64,000 nt of DNA from Gemmatimonas sp. Lineage in GTDB: Bacteria > Gemmatimonadota > Gemmatimonadetes > Gemmatimonadales > Gemmatimonadaceae. Below the pieces are notes generated by a model. That model saw only the letters and a list, made by a program, of their open reading frames with translations, ran no database searches and was not told the origin of the DNA. Positions 27,519 through 36,868 of this stretch are shown here, one piece after another (position 1 is the first letter of the stretch; every line of letters starts with the position of its first letter). Made by a program: the position numbers and the translations under genes. Location: positions 32,001-96,000 of the forward strand of contig JANNVQ010000029.1 in NCBI GenBank assembly GCA_031414535.1, given 5' to 3'.

Positions 27519-29540
27519 GTGGTCCTCGTCGGCGAGCTGTCGCTCTGGATTGCCCTATTGATGGGCGTGTGGGCCGTCACCTTGAGTTTTGCGGGTGGCT
27601 ATCTCAAGCGGGATGATTTGATCACCAGTGGCGAGCGCGGGCTCTACGCGACCACGGGTTTCGTGGTGCTGGCCTCGCTCGGACTGTGGACGGCCCTGCT
27701 CACCAGCGATTTCTCGGTGCGCTACGTGTCATCGTTCACGAGCGAGAACTTGCCGATTGTCTACAAGTTCTCGGCGTTCTGGGGTGGCCAGGCGGGCTCG
27801 ATGCTCTTCTGGTGTCTCGTACTCGCTGGGTACGCTGCGGCGGCCACGTTTACCAATCGCTCTAAGAATCGCGCGCTGATGCCTTGGGTTACGGGCACCA
27901 ATGCGGCGGTGTTGCTCTTCTTTGTTGCGGCGACGGCGCTGGCGTCCAATCCGTTCGAACGCCTTGAATGGATTCCGCCCGATGGCCGCGGACTCAACCC
28001 GCAGCTGCAGAATCCGGCGATGGCTATTCATCCGCCGCTCTTGTACTTGGGTTACGTGGCGACGGCCATTCCATTTGGATTCGCGACGGCGGCGCTGATT
28101 ACGCGTCGGCTCGACGCCGAGTGGCTGGGTGCGGTGCGCAAGTGGGCGCTCATCTCATGGGTCTTCCTGACGCTCGGCATCCTGCTCGGCATGTGGTGGG
28201 CGTATGTGGAGCTTGGCTGGGGCGGCTACTGGATGTGGGATCCCGTAGAGAACGCCTCGTTGCTGCCTTGGCTCACGGGCACTGCGTTCCTGCACAGCAT
28301 CATGATTCAGGAAAAGCGCGGCATGCTGCGCAAGTGGAACGTGGTGTTGGTTGTCGGCACCTTCCTGCTCAGCATCTTCGGCACGTTCATCACGCGTTCG
28401 GGCATCATTCAGTCGGTGCACTCGTTTGCGCAGAGCGACATCGGGATGTGGTTCGGCACCTTCCTCATCCTCGCATTCGTTGCGACGGCGTGGTTGGTCT
28501 CTGTCCGCTTGAAGGATCTTGAGTCAAAGGCCGAGCTGGAGGCGATGATTTCGCGCGAGGCGGCCTTCCTTTACAACAACCTCGTGCTCGTGGGCATCGC
28601 GTTCTCGGTGCTTTGGGGCACGCTGTTCCCGATTCTCTCCGAGGCCGTGCGCGGCTCGAAGATCACCGTGGGCGAGAGCTTCTTCAATGCGGTGAACGTG
28701 CCGCTCGGTTTGTTGTTGCTCGCGCTGACGGGCATCGGACCGCTCATCGCTTGGCGCCGGGCGTCGGTGCAGAACATCCAGCGTCAGTTTGCCGGCCCCG
28801 CGTTCTTCGGCGTGGTGATGGCAGCTGCGCTCTACATCCTTGGTGCGCGTGAGCTGTATCCGCTCATGGCTTGGGGGCTCGGCGCCTTCGTCGCCGGTAC
28901 CATCATCCAAGAGTTCTACAAGGGCATTGCGGCGCGCAACAAGATGCACGGCGAGAACATCGCCATCGCGTTCGTGAACCTCATCGCGCGTAATCGCCGG
29001 CGCTACGGCGGCTACATCGTGCACGCGGGTATCGTCATCCTGTTCTCGGCGTTTGCTGGCATGGCGTTCAAGCAGGAGCACGACGTCACGCTCGCCGATG
29101 GGGAGAGCTTCACCACAACGGATCCCTTCGGTCGCGAGTGGACCTTCACCAGCGACGGCATCTCGGCGTTCAAGGCACTTAACCGCGATGTGGTGGCCAT
29201 CTCCCTGATGTCCACGATGAATGGCGTCGCGCAGCCGGTGCTCACCAGCGAGAAGCGCCAGCACTTTGATTCGCGAGGGAATCCCACCTTCCAGCCGTCC
29301 ACGGAAGTTGGCATCCTCACGCAGGGTAAGCAGGATGTGTACTTAGTGCTCGCTGGCACGATTGGCGACCGCGCTGAAATCAGAATCAACTTCAATCCGC
29401 TCGTGGCCTGGGTGTGGAACGGTGGATTGTTGATGGCGCTTGGTGGTCTCATTGTGATGTGGCCGCAGAGCGAGCGGAAGCGTCAGGGGGGCTACGTGAC
29501 CGAATTGCAGCCGCAGCACAACGAGACGGCGGGCGTCTGA
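27519..29540 (+). CDS. ccmF: Cytochrome c heme lyase CcmF
   Basis: HPPLLYLG, WAYVELGWGGYWMWDPVENASLLPW, TRSG...SVHSFA. Confidence 0.97.
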   Translation: MVLVGELSLWIALLMGVWAVTLSFAGGYLKRDDLITSGERGLYATTGFVVLASLGLWTALLTSDFSVRYVSSFTSENLPIVYKFSAFWGGQAGSMLFWCLVLAGYAAAATFTNRSKNRALMPWVTGTNAAVLLFFVAATALASNPFERLEWIPPDGRGLNPQLQNPAMAIHPPLLYLGYVATAIPFGFATAALITRRLDAEWLGAVRKWALISWVFLTLGILLGMWWAYVELGWGGYWMWDPVENASLLPWLTGTAFLHSIMIQEKRGMLRKWNVVLVVGTFLLSIFGTFITRSGIIQSVHSFAQSDIGMWFGTFLILAFVATAWLVSVRLKDLESKAELEAMISREAAFLYNNLVLVGIAFSVLWGTLFPILSEAVRGSKITVGESFFNAVNVPLGLLLLALTGIGPLIAWRRASVQNIQRQFAGPAFFGVVMAAALYILGARELYPLMAWGLGAFVAGTIIQEFYKGIAARNKMHGENIAIAFVNLIARNRRRYGGYIVHAGIVILFSAFAGMAFKQEHDVTLADGESFTTTDPFGREWTFTSDGISAFKALNRDVVAISLMSTMNGVAQPVLTSEKRQHFDSRGNPTFQPSTEVGILTQGKQDVYLVLAGTIGDRAEIRINFNPLVAWVWNGGLLMALGGLIVMWPQSERKRQGGYVTELQPQHNETAGV

Positions 29541-30115
29541 TGCTGACGCGTCGCGAGCTCTTTGTTGGTGCGGCTGGCCTCGGCGCGGTGCTCGCCTCGC
29601 GTTCACTTAGTGGGCAGCAGCCCGCGTTTACGCCGATGAATCAGGACGCGTACCGGCCGGTGCTGCGTGACCCCAAGCCAGGTGCCGCGCCATCAATGAC
29701 CCCACTCGAGCGCGATCAGCTCGAGCGTCAGCTCAAGTGTCAGTGCACCTGCATCCTTGATGTGTACACCTGCCGTACGACGGACTTTACCTGCGGCGTC
29801 TCACCCTCGATGCATCGCGATGTGCTGCGCCTCGTCGAGGGCGGCTATACCGCCCAAGAAATTAAGGACGCCTTCGTCGCCAACTACGGTGAAGTCGCAC
29901 TCACCGCTCCGGTGAAGCAGGGGTTCAATTGGGCGGGCTACTTCGCGCCCGCCATCGTGATGGCGACCGGCGGCGTCATTCTCACGATGATGCTCCGTCG
30001 TTGGTCCACGCGTGCCGCCGCCAACGCCATGGTGCGAACGGACATTCCGCGCCCCGTGGCTGCCACGGAAGACGAGATGGCCCGGCTCCAGCGCGCGCTC
30101 CGCGACGAGGAGTGA
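29540..30115 (+). CDS. ccmH: CcmH/CycL-like cytochrome c biogenesis protein
   Basis: LKCQC...C....C, G.T..EI...FV..YGE..L..P...GFN plus TM; N-terminal TRRELF. Confidence 0.75.
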   Translation: MLTRRELFVGAAGLGAVLASRSLSGQQPAFTPMNQDAYRPVLRDPKPGAAPSMTPLERDQLERQLKCQCTCILDVYTCRTTDFTCGVSPSMHRDVLRLVEGGYTAQEIKDAFVANYGEVALTAPVKQGFNWAGYFAPAIVMATGGVILTMMLRRWSTRAAANAMVRTDIPRPVAATEDEMARLQRALRDEE

Positions 30116-30116
30116 G

Positions 30117-30608
30117 ATGATTGCACTGCTGCTCGGCTCCGTACTCGCGGTGCTTGCGCTTGCCTACGTGCTATATCCGCTGATCAAGGGCAACAGCGCA
30201 GCGCCAGTCCTCGTGCTCGCGCCTGAGGCGGCCCCAGAGTCTTCGGCGCTCGACGCGCTGCGTGAGATTGAGTTCGACGAAGCCACGGGCAAGCTCTCGC
30301 CTGAGGATTACGCCACCCTGAAGGCGACGTACACGCCGCTGGCCTTGGCTGAGTTGCGGGCGCGCGAGCTGGGCGAGAAGGCGACGCCGGGCGGCGCGGC
30401 CACTGACGATGCGGCCGAGGCATTGATTGCGCGAGCCAAGCAGCAGGGCGGCAATTGTTCGTCCTGCGGACCGCGTCCAGAGAGCGATGCTTTGTTCTGC
30501 TCGGACTGCGGGCGGTTCTTGGGTGCGGTGTGCTTGAGTTGCGGCGCGCCGGCGGGGTCTGATACGGCGCGCTTTTGCGTGGAGTGCGGGGCGGCGCTGG
30601 CGGCCTAG
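30117..30608 (+). CDS. CcmI-N-like membrane-anchored double zinc-ribbon protein
   Basis: TM, ALREIEFD..TGKLS.EDY, four CxxCG motifs. Confidence 0.75.
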   Translation: MIALLLGSVLAVLALAYVLYPLIKGNSAAPVLVLAPEAAPESSALDALREIEFDEATGKLSPEDYATLKATYTPLALAELRARELGEKATPGGAATDDAAEALIARAKQQGGNCSSCGPRPESDALFCSDCGRFLGAVCLSCGAPAGSDTARFCVECGAALAA

Positions 30609-31912
30609 CGCCGCACCGGATTCATCGCCAGCCAATCCAGCGCCAGCGCGGACATCGCACGCACGCCCACCGGCAGTGCCGATTCATCCGCAACAAAGAA
30701 CGGTGAGTGATTCCGCGGCCGCGACTCAAAGTCCGTGGTGAGCGGTGTCACGCCGAGGAAGATGAACAGGCCTGGCACTCGCTCCTGGAAGTAGGAGAAA
30801 TCCTCAGAAGCAGTCACCAGTGGCTCGATGCTGACGTGCTCTGCGCCCGCGGCGCGGCGCAAAGTGGGCACCATGGACTCTGTGAGCGGAATCTCGTTGC
30901 GCGTGACGGGATATCCGGAATCAATCTTCACGGTTGCCACGGCACCCGAGGCCTCGGCGATGTTGCTGGCCGTGCGCTCGATGCGACGGAAGATGTCCTC
31001 GCGCTGCTCACGCCCGAAAGTGCGAATGGTGCCGATCATCACCACGCTGTCGGGGATGATGTTGCTGCGCACGCCCGCGTTGAATTGGCCAATCGTGATG
31101 ATGGCGGGGTTCTCAGTGATGTTGACTTGCCGAGCGATGATGGTCTGCAACCCGGCCACGACTTGCGAACCCACCACGATGGGATCCACGCCGCCCCAGG
31201 GGTTGGCGCCATGCGTCTGCCGCCCACGCACGGTGATGGTCACGGTGTTACTCGCGGCCATTGTCGGGCCCGCGCGATACGTGATCTCGCCGGCGCGGCC
31301 GTTCCACACGTGCAGGCCAAAAATCGCCTCGACCTTGGGATTGTCGAGCGCACCTTCGCGAATCATCCGCTCTGCGCCGCCACCGCCATCGGGGTGACCC
31401 TCTTCAGCTGGCTGGAAGATGAAGACTACCGTACCCGGTAGCTGCGCCTTCATGCCGGCGAGTGCTTCTGCCGCGCCCATCAAGATTGACACGTGATTGT
31501 CGTGTCCGCAGGCATGCATGACGCCGACTTCCTGGCCGTTGTATTGCGCACGCACGCGCGACCGAAATGGAAGATCCACTTGTTCCGTCACGGGGAGTCC
31601 ATCCATATCGGCCCGCAGCGCGACGACGCGCCCCGGCCGCCCGCCGCGGAGGACGCCCACCACGCCATGTCCTCCCACGCCCGTGCGCACTTCCATCCCA
31701 AGCCCACGCAGGTGCTCGGCTACCAGCTGCGCCGTGCGCACCTCAAACCCGCTCAGCTCCGGATTAGCGTGGAGATCGCGACGCCAGGTGACCACCTTCG
31801 GCATCACACTCGTGACACGGCGATCGAGTTCGGCGCTGAGCGGAGACTGCGCCGCGAGCTGCAGCGGAGCGAGTGCGAGAATAGCAAGCAATACCGCGCG
31901 TGACGAACGCAT
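30605..31912 (-). CDS. Exported M20D amidohydrolase
   Basis: Signal peptide, RRDLH.NPELS, LRADMDGLP, MHACGHD, FQPAEEG, SEDF, NHSP; start ATG 31912. Confidence 0.92.
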   Translation of the reverse strand: MRSSRAVLLAILALAPLQLAAQSPLSAELDRRVTSVMPKVVTWRRDLHANPELSGFEVRTAQLVAEHLRGLGMEVRTGVGGHGVVGVLRGGRPGRVVALRADMDGLPVTEQVDLPFRSRVRAQYNGQEVGVMHACGHDNHVSILMGAAEALAGMKAQLPGTVVFIFQPAEEGHPDGGGGAERMIREGALDNPKVEAIFGLHVWNGRAGEITYRAGPTMAASNTVTITVRGRQTHGANPWGGVDPIVVGSQVVAGLQTIIARQVNITENPAIITIGQFNAGVRSNIIPDSVVMIGTIRTFGREQREDIFRRIERTASNIAEASGAVATVKIDSGYPVTRNEIPLTESMVPTLRRAAGAEHVSIEPLVTASEDFSYFQERVPGLFIFLGVTPLTTDFESRPRNHSPFFVADESALPVGVRAMSALALDWLAMNPVRR

Positions 31913-32002
31913 CAGGTGGAGCCTCGGCCGAGATGGGATGAACTTGTAAGATGCGTGCTTAGAACCTGAGGCAGAAGGGCCGGGTACTGCATACATTCCG
32001 TT

Positions 32003-32593
32003 ATGCTCGGTTCTCCGTCCCTGAATCAGCTGGAAGCAGTCGCCGAGGAGTTTGCTCGTGCGAGGGCGCGCTTTGCTGGGCTGGAGTCTCGCACGCGCGA
32101 CGAGGAGTGGACCGCTCGGCCGGCGCCTGACGAGTGGTCGGTGGCCGAATGCATTGCACACCTGAATCTCACAGCGGCCGCCATGCTCCCGCGAATGCGT
32201 CAGTCCTTCGCGGAGGCGCGGGAGCTTCCGCGCCTCGGCGAGCGCCGGTATCGTGGTGCGATGTTTGGCAGAATCCTCGCGGCGATGATTGGCCCAGTGC
32301 CAATCGTGCTCGGCATCAGGCTTGGTAGAACGCGGACGGCAGCGGCCTTTGTACCTGGCGCCGAGCTGCCGCGCCAGCAGGTGGCGAGCGAGTTCCGTCA
32401 CTGGAACACACAGGAAGCGGCGCTCGTGCGGGAGGCACAAGGCCTTCAGGTCGATAAAACCTTGGTGGAGTCGCCATTCGTGCAGGGCGCGCGCTACGAT
32501 GGTTTCAGCGCCATGTGGATCCTGGCGCGCCACGAGCATCGTCATCTTGAACAGGCGGAGCGTGCCCTCGCTCGGGTGCGAGGCAAGTCGTGA
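32003..32593 (+). CDS. DinB family protein
   Basis: RP..DEWSVAECIAHL and HEHRHLEQ. Confidence 0.85.
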   Translation: MLGSPSLNQLEAVAEEFARARARFAGLESRTRDEEWTARPAPDEWSVAECIAHLNLTAAAMLPRMRQSFAEARELPRLGERRYRGAMFGRILAAMIGPVPIVLGIRLGRTRTAAAFVPGAELPRQQVASEFRHWNTQEAALVREAQGLQVDKTLVESPFVQGARYDGFSAMWILARHEHRHLEQAERALARVRGKS

Positions 32594-33054
32594 GCATCCC
32601 CACACGACTTGTCGGTGCCATGGGTGCCTGGGTGGGCAGTAACAAGCTCTGGTTCGAGCCCACGCAGGCGCCCATCGAGTGCGCCACCACCGCAGAGATT
32701 CGCGGTGAAGCCGCTGGCCGCGTGTTGCGCGTGAGTTACACGTGGGAGTACGACGCGAAGCCCTGCGAAGGCGTCCTCGTGCTCGGCGACGACATTAAGG
32801 CGGGTCGCTGCGATGCTTCATGGGCAGATTCGTTTCACAACGGGCATCGTCTCATGCCGCTCAGTGGTGCCGCGGCCGGCGATGGCATCGTGACGGTCAA
32901 GGGCAGCTATGCCGCGCCGCCGGGGCCGGATTGGGGCTGGCGCATCACGCTCGAACATCCGTCGTCCGATACCTTCGTGATGCGCATGCACAACATCATG
33001 CCTGACGGGACAGAGGCGTTGGCAGTCGAAGCGTCGTACGCTCGTCGTCGTTGA
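32590..33054 (+). CDS. DUF1579-like protein
   Basis: G.W.G, W.DSFH, GSY..P.GP.WGWR, E..AV...Y.R. Confidence 0.7.
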   Translation: MSIPTRLVGAMGAWVGSNKLWFEPTQAPIECATTAEIRGEAAGRVLRVSYTWEYDAKPCEGVLVLGDDIKAGRCDASWADSFHNGHRLMPLSGAAAGDGIVTVKGSYAAPPGPDWGWRITLEHPSSDTFVMRMHNIMPDGTEALAVEASYARRR

Positions 33055-34315
33055 TGGCCAATGCCACCTCGGCCGCGGTGCGCGCGGCCGCTTCGAGCAG
33101 GGGAATGCCAGGGCCGAGGTAGCTGCCGCAGAACCAGAGGCGGCGGCCATGTTGTGCGTGCAGCAGGCTGACGGTGCGCGAGCCCTCAAGCGAGGCCGCA
33201 TTCACGAGTGGCCGATCAAAGCGAGCCTGCGCCTTGATCGTCTCCGGCCTTGGCTCGATGATCGGATTCCAGGTTTGGAAGACGGGCGAGGCCTTGGCGA
33301 GTCCAGGCTGCACCCGATTCATCCAGATGGTGGCCATCGGCTTATCGTGCGCCGAGCTGGTGATTACGTTCACCGGCGCCCAATGGGCGCGGTCGCGCGG
33401 CGCAAGTCGAGGGTCGGTGTGCACCACCACGGAGCTTGATTCATACGCGAACCGGTCGAGCGCTTCCTTCTCCCGGCGGTAGGCAGCATCGAGCATCGCC
33501 GCCGCCTGATTAGCCTGCGTCGCGACGACGACGTGATCAAAGCGCTGCTCTCCGCCCTCCCAGCGCACGCGCACGCCGTCGGCCACCGGCTGGATCTGCT
33601 GGACACGGATGCCGCAGCGCACCTCGTGCACCGGTTCGGTCAGGCGACGCACGACTTCGCGGGTGCCGAGCACCACTCGACGTACGCCACCGAAGGTAAG
33701 ACCGCGCGAGAGATAGTCGAGAATCACGCGTGCCGGGTAGGCCCGCACGGCGGCATTGGAGCAGGTGCAAACAGCTGCGAAGGTGGGAATAAGGAATCCC
33801 TCGCAGAAGTCTTCGCTGAGCCGCGCACGGTCGAGCCAGGAGCTCAGGGGCTCCTCGCTATCGCGCAGGCGCTGGAGCGCCGGGCGAGCGAGTCGGTAAA
33901 AGCGCAGTAGGTCGCGATTGATGCGTAGCGCTTGCGCCCCAAACGGCGAGGCCGGGAGCGGAATGGAGCGTCCGGCCACTAACAGATTGGTATAGCGATA
34001 ATAGGCCGCGCCGCCGAGCGCAGAGAAGGAGCCGGCGTAGTTCGTGCGCTCGAGCTGCACACCCAGCTGATGATACTGCGCAATCAGCGTCGGATAGTAG
34101 CCTTCGTAGAGTACGCGCAGCGGGACGTCCACGCGGTAAGTGCCACCATCATGCTCAAGGTCGAGCGAGTGCGCGTCCATGCCCGCCACCCCGTGCCGCT
34201 CGAGGAGCGTCACGCGATGGTGCGTGCTCAGGCGCCAAGCCGCCGAGAGTCCAGCGATGCCTCCGCCAATGACCGCAATGTCGAGACCCGTCCGCACGCG
34301 TCGAACTCCTGCCAA
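32996..34315 (-). CDS. FAD-dependent oxidoreductase (amine-oxidase-like; type usually linked to cfa/DUF1365)
   Basis: IAVIGGGIAGLSAAW.L, YP.L, FDHVVVATQAN, VVHTD, WFCGSY. Start uncertain. Confidence 0.8.
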   Translation of the reverse strand: MAGVRRVRTGLDIAVIGGGIAGLSAAWRLSTHHRVTLLERHGVAGMDAHSLDLEHDGGTYRVDVPLRVLYEGYYPTLIAQYHQLGVQLERTNYAGSFSALGGAAYYRYTNLLVAGRSIPLPASPFGAQALRINRDLLRFYRLARPALQRLRDSEEPLSSWLDRARLSEDFCEGFLIPTFAAVCTCSNAAVRAYPARVILDYLSRGLTFGGVRRVVLGTREVVRRLTEPVHEVRCGIRVQQIQPVADGVRVRWEGGEQRFDHVVVATQANQAAAMLDAAYRREKEALDRFAYESSSVVVHTDPRLAPRDRAHWAPVNVITSSAHDKPMATIWMNRVQPGLAKASPVFQTWNPIIEPRPETIKAQARFDRPLVNAASLEGSRTVSLLHAQHGRRLWFCGSYLGPGIPLLEAAARTAAEVALAINDDERTTLRLPTPLSRQA

Positions 34316-34429
34316 GTGGGGATGCCTTCATCGCTGCCATTCCCGAGGCTTCAAGATGCGTCTCGGGCCGTCTCGGCGGTACTATGCCCAAGGCGGTAGA
34401 TTCTCCTCAACGTAGCAACTGGAGCTGAC

Positions 34430-34891
34430 ATGGAGCGGCAGGATATTGAGGGCGTGACCGTCCGGCTCGCGACCACGGCCGACGTTGAGGCCTGGAGCGA
34501 GCAGCGGGCCCTGCTGTGGCCGCAGTTGGACGAGCACGAGCACGCCGTTGAGGCAGTGCAGTGGATTGCTGATGCCTCGACTGACACCTTGCTCGCGGTG
34601 GCGCACGACGGGACTCTGTTGGGGTTTCTAGAAGTGGGCCTGCGCGACTATGCGGAGGGCTGCGAGACGAGCCCGGTGGGCTACGTCGAAGGCTGGTACG
34701 TGGATGGATTGGCGCGTCAGCGCGGGCTGGGACGCGCGTTGATTCGCGCGGCGGAGGACTGGGCCCGGTCCAAAGGATGCACCGAGATGGCATCGGATAC
34801 TGAAGTGCACAACGAGGTTTCACAGGAGGCCTACGAACGCCTAGGCTACCAGCGGGTGGAGACCATCGTCGTCTATCGCCGATCCCTCTGA
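34430..34891 (+). CDS. aac(6'): Aminoglycoside 6'-N-acetyltransferase-like GNAT
   Basis: R..LWP, GF.E..LRDYAEGCETSPVGYVEGWYV, EMASD....N..S......LG. Confidence 0.75.
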   Translation: MERQDIEGVTVRLATTADVEAWSEQRALLWPQLDEHEHAVEAVQWIADASTDTLLAVAHDGTLLGFLEVGLRDYAEGCETSPVGYVEGWYVDGLARQRGLGRALIRAAEDWARSKGCTEMASDTEVHNEVSQEAYERLGYQRVETIVVYRRSL

Positions 34892-34915
34892 CACCTCGCG
34901 TCCTTCACCGCCGTA
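34889..34915 (+). promoter_or_regulatory. Putative ECF (SigW-like) promoter TGACAC-N17-CGTA
   Basis: 9 nt before ATG 34925; twin at 12298-12324. Confidence 0.45.
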
Positions 34916-34924
34916 CAACAGCTT

Positions 34925-35560
34925 ATGCCAATGCTTCTCCAGGATATCCCCGCGCCACCGCCACCTCCCGCCCCGACTCCTATCGGCGCGGTCACAACGG
35001 TCAATGGCGTTCCGCAGTCCGTCGCCGACGTGCGCGCCTTGCGGGGGCAGCGCTCAGAGCTCTCAAATCAACTGCAATCCGCCCAACGGCGTCGCAATGA
35101 AGTCGTGGAGCAACTCGCGGACGCCACGCCCGCTGAGCGTCCCGGGCTCGAAGCGCGGCTTAAGCTGCTGGATGAACGCATCCTTGGCATCGAAACTGAG
35201 ATTGGGCGCACCGGAGAACTGATCGCGAAGACACCAGGTAATCTCCTTTCTACATCCTCTCAGGCTCCTAATGTAGGAGGCGGCCCAATGAACAACATTG
35301 ACTTCACCGCAGTGCTTGTCGTCTTCACCCTCTTCGTCCTCTCGCCGCTCGCGTTTACCGCCGCTCGCCTGCTGTGGCGGCGCGGAAACAATCCGGCACC
35401 AAAGAAGGTAGACGTGCAATCCGAAGAGCGTATGCGTCGTCTCGAGGCGGGTGTGGATGCCATCGCCATCGAGGTAGAGCGGATATCAGAGGGGCAGCGC
35501 TTTGTGACGAAGCTGCTGTCGGAGCGGGAGAAGCAGCCAGTTCTCAGAGGGGACGGATGA
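34925..35560 (+). CDS. Coiled-coil single-TM hypothetical protein
   Basis: Pro-rich N-terminus, coiled coil, one TM, C-terminal RLE..VDAIAIEVERISEGQRFVTKLL. Confidence 0.8.
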   Translation: MPMLLQDIPAPPPPPAPTPIGAVTTVNGVPQSVADVRALRGQRSELSNQLQSAQRRRNEVVEQLADATPAERPGLEARLKLLDERILGIETEIGRTGELIAKTPGNLLSTSSQAPNVGGGPMNNIDFTAVLVVFTLFVLSPLAFTAARLLWRRGNNPAPKKVDVQSEERMRRLEAGVDAIAIEVERISEGQRFVTKLLSEREKQPVLRGDG

Positions 35561-35595
35561 CGGAAGAAGGATGATTGATGCCTCCGTCATCCGTC
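35552..35595. terminator. 13-bp perfect inverted repeat between convergent genes
   Basis: GACGGATGACGGA (35552-64) / TCCGTCATCCGTC (35583-95), built from 7-mer units. Confidence 0.7.
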
Positions 35596-35608
35596 TTCTG
35601 TCATTTGT

Positions 35609-36778
35609 TCAGCTGGAATAATACGACGCATTCTCCTCGATATACCCCTTGGTGAGATCGCAACCGTAGGCCACCGCGCGCGCCTCACCGACGCCAAGCG
35701 CAATCTCGAGGTCCACCACCTCTGCTGCCAGCGCCGAACGCACCACCGCGTCGTCAAATGTGAGCCGCTCGCCGCCGCGCACCACTTGGTATCCGTTGAT
35801 CCAGGCGTCGGTGCTGGCGGGATGAATCGTGCAGTCGAAGCATTTGCCCACCGCCATCAAGAGGCGTCCCACGTTCGGATCCGCGCCGTGCACCATCGTT
35901 TTGACCAGCGGTGAGTTGAGCACGGACTTGGCGACAATCTTCGCCTCGCGATCATTCAGTGCGCTCCGCACTGTTACGCGCAGCAAGTGTTCGGCCCCTT
36001 CGCCATCGCGGCCGAGTGTCTCGGTCATTCGCACGCAGCCAGCAATCAAGGCTTCGCGGAAGGCCGCTTCATCCACGGTACCCGCCAATCCATTGGCGAG
36101 GATGGCGCAGGTGTCGCTCGTGGAGGTGTCGGTATCCACGCTCAACATATTGAAGCTCCGCGCAACGGCCTCGCGCAACAACTTGTCGAGTGTCAGCGCG
36201 TCGAGCGCGGCGTCTGTGAAGATGTAGGCGAGCATGGTCGCCATGTTGGGCTCAATCATCCCCGAGCCCTTGGCCACCCAGGTGATGGTGGCGTCGCCCA
36301 CGCTAAGGGAGAAGGCCTTGGGAAAGGTGTCCGTGGTCATGATGCCTTCCGCACCAACGAGCGGATCGTCCTGCAGTTCCGCCTGCATGCCCACCACTCC
36401 GCGCACAATCTTCTCGATGGGCAACGGCACACCAATCACGCCGGTGGAACTCACGAGCACCTTGCCTGCATCGGTCCCGAGTTCCTTCGCGGCCGCGGCC
36501 GCCATCTGGCGTGCGTTCTCAACCCCGGCAGCACCGGTGGCAACGTTGCTCACCTTGCTGTTGGCAATGATGGCGCGAAGTCGTCCGCCCTTCATCGTCT
36601 CACGTCCGAGCACGATGGGCGCGCCCGGAAAGTGATTGCGGGTGAACACGGCGGCAGCGTTTGCCTCAACCTCGCTCACGAAAAGCGTCAGGTCCTTGGC
36701 GTCAGGCTTGAGACCGACGTTGCGCGAAGCGCAGCGGAAGCCACGGGGAAAGCGAGGATGGTCGTGAAACGCTGGCAT
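35609..36778 (-). CDS. argJ: Ornithine acetyltransferase / N-acetylglutamate synthase
   Basis: STGVIG, IMTTDT, KGSGMIEPNMATML, DTSTSD, DGEGA, SPLVKT. Confidence 0.95.
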   Translation of the reverse strand: MPAFHDHPRFPRGFRCASRNVGLKPDAKDLTLFVSEVEANAAAVFTRNHFPGAPIVLGRETMKGGRLRAIIANSKVSNVATGAAGVENARQMAAAAAKELGTDAGKVLVSSTGVIGVPLPIEKIVRGVVGMQAELQDDPLVGAEGIMTTDTFPKAFSLSVGDATITWVAKGSGMIEPNMATMLAYIFTDAALDALTLDKLLREAVARSFNMLSVDTDTSTSDTCAILANGLAGTVDEAAFREALIAGCVRMTETLGRDGEGAEHLLRVTVRSALNDREAKIVAKSVLNSPLVKTMVHGADPNVGRLLMAVGKCFDCTIHPASTDAWINGYQVVRGGERLTFDDAVVRSALAAEVVDLEIALGVGEARAVAYGCDLTKGYIEENASYYSS

Positions 36779-36868
36779 AGGCGAGGAATCTTAACGACTT
36801 CGAGGCACTGGCGTCTGACGAGGTGACCATAACGCCCCCGCCGTAACTCGTACCGTAGGAGTATCACC

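Noticed and set aside
31913..32605. 231-aa N-terminal extension of the M20 amidohydrolase ORF
   Set aside because: It is antisense to the DinB gene, and a clean signal peptide starts at 31912.
36824..36857. TGAC...CGTA promoter before the Spy-like gene
   Set aside because: Spacing does not match the N17 seen in the other two copies.
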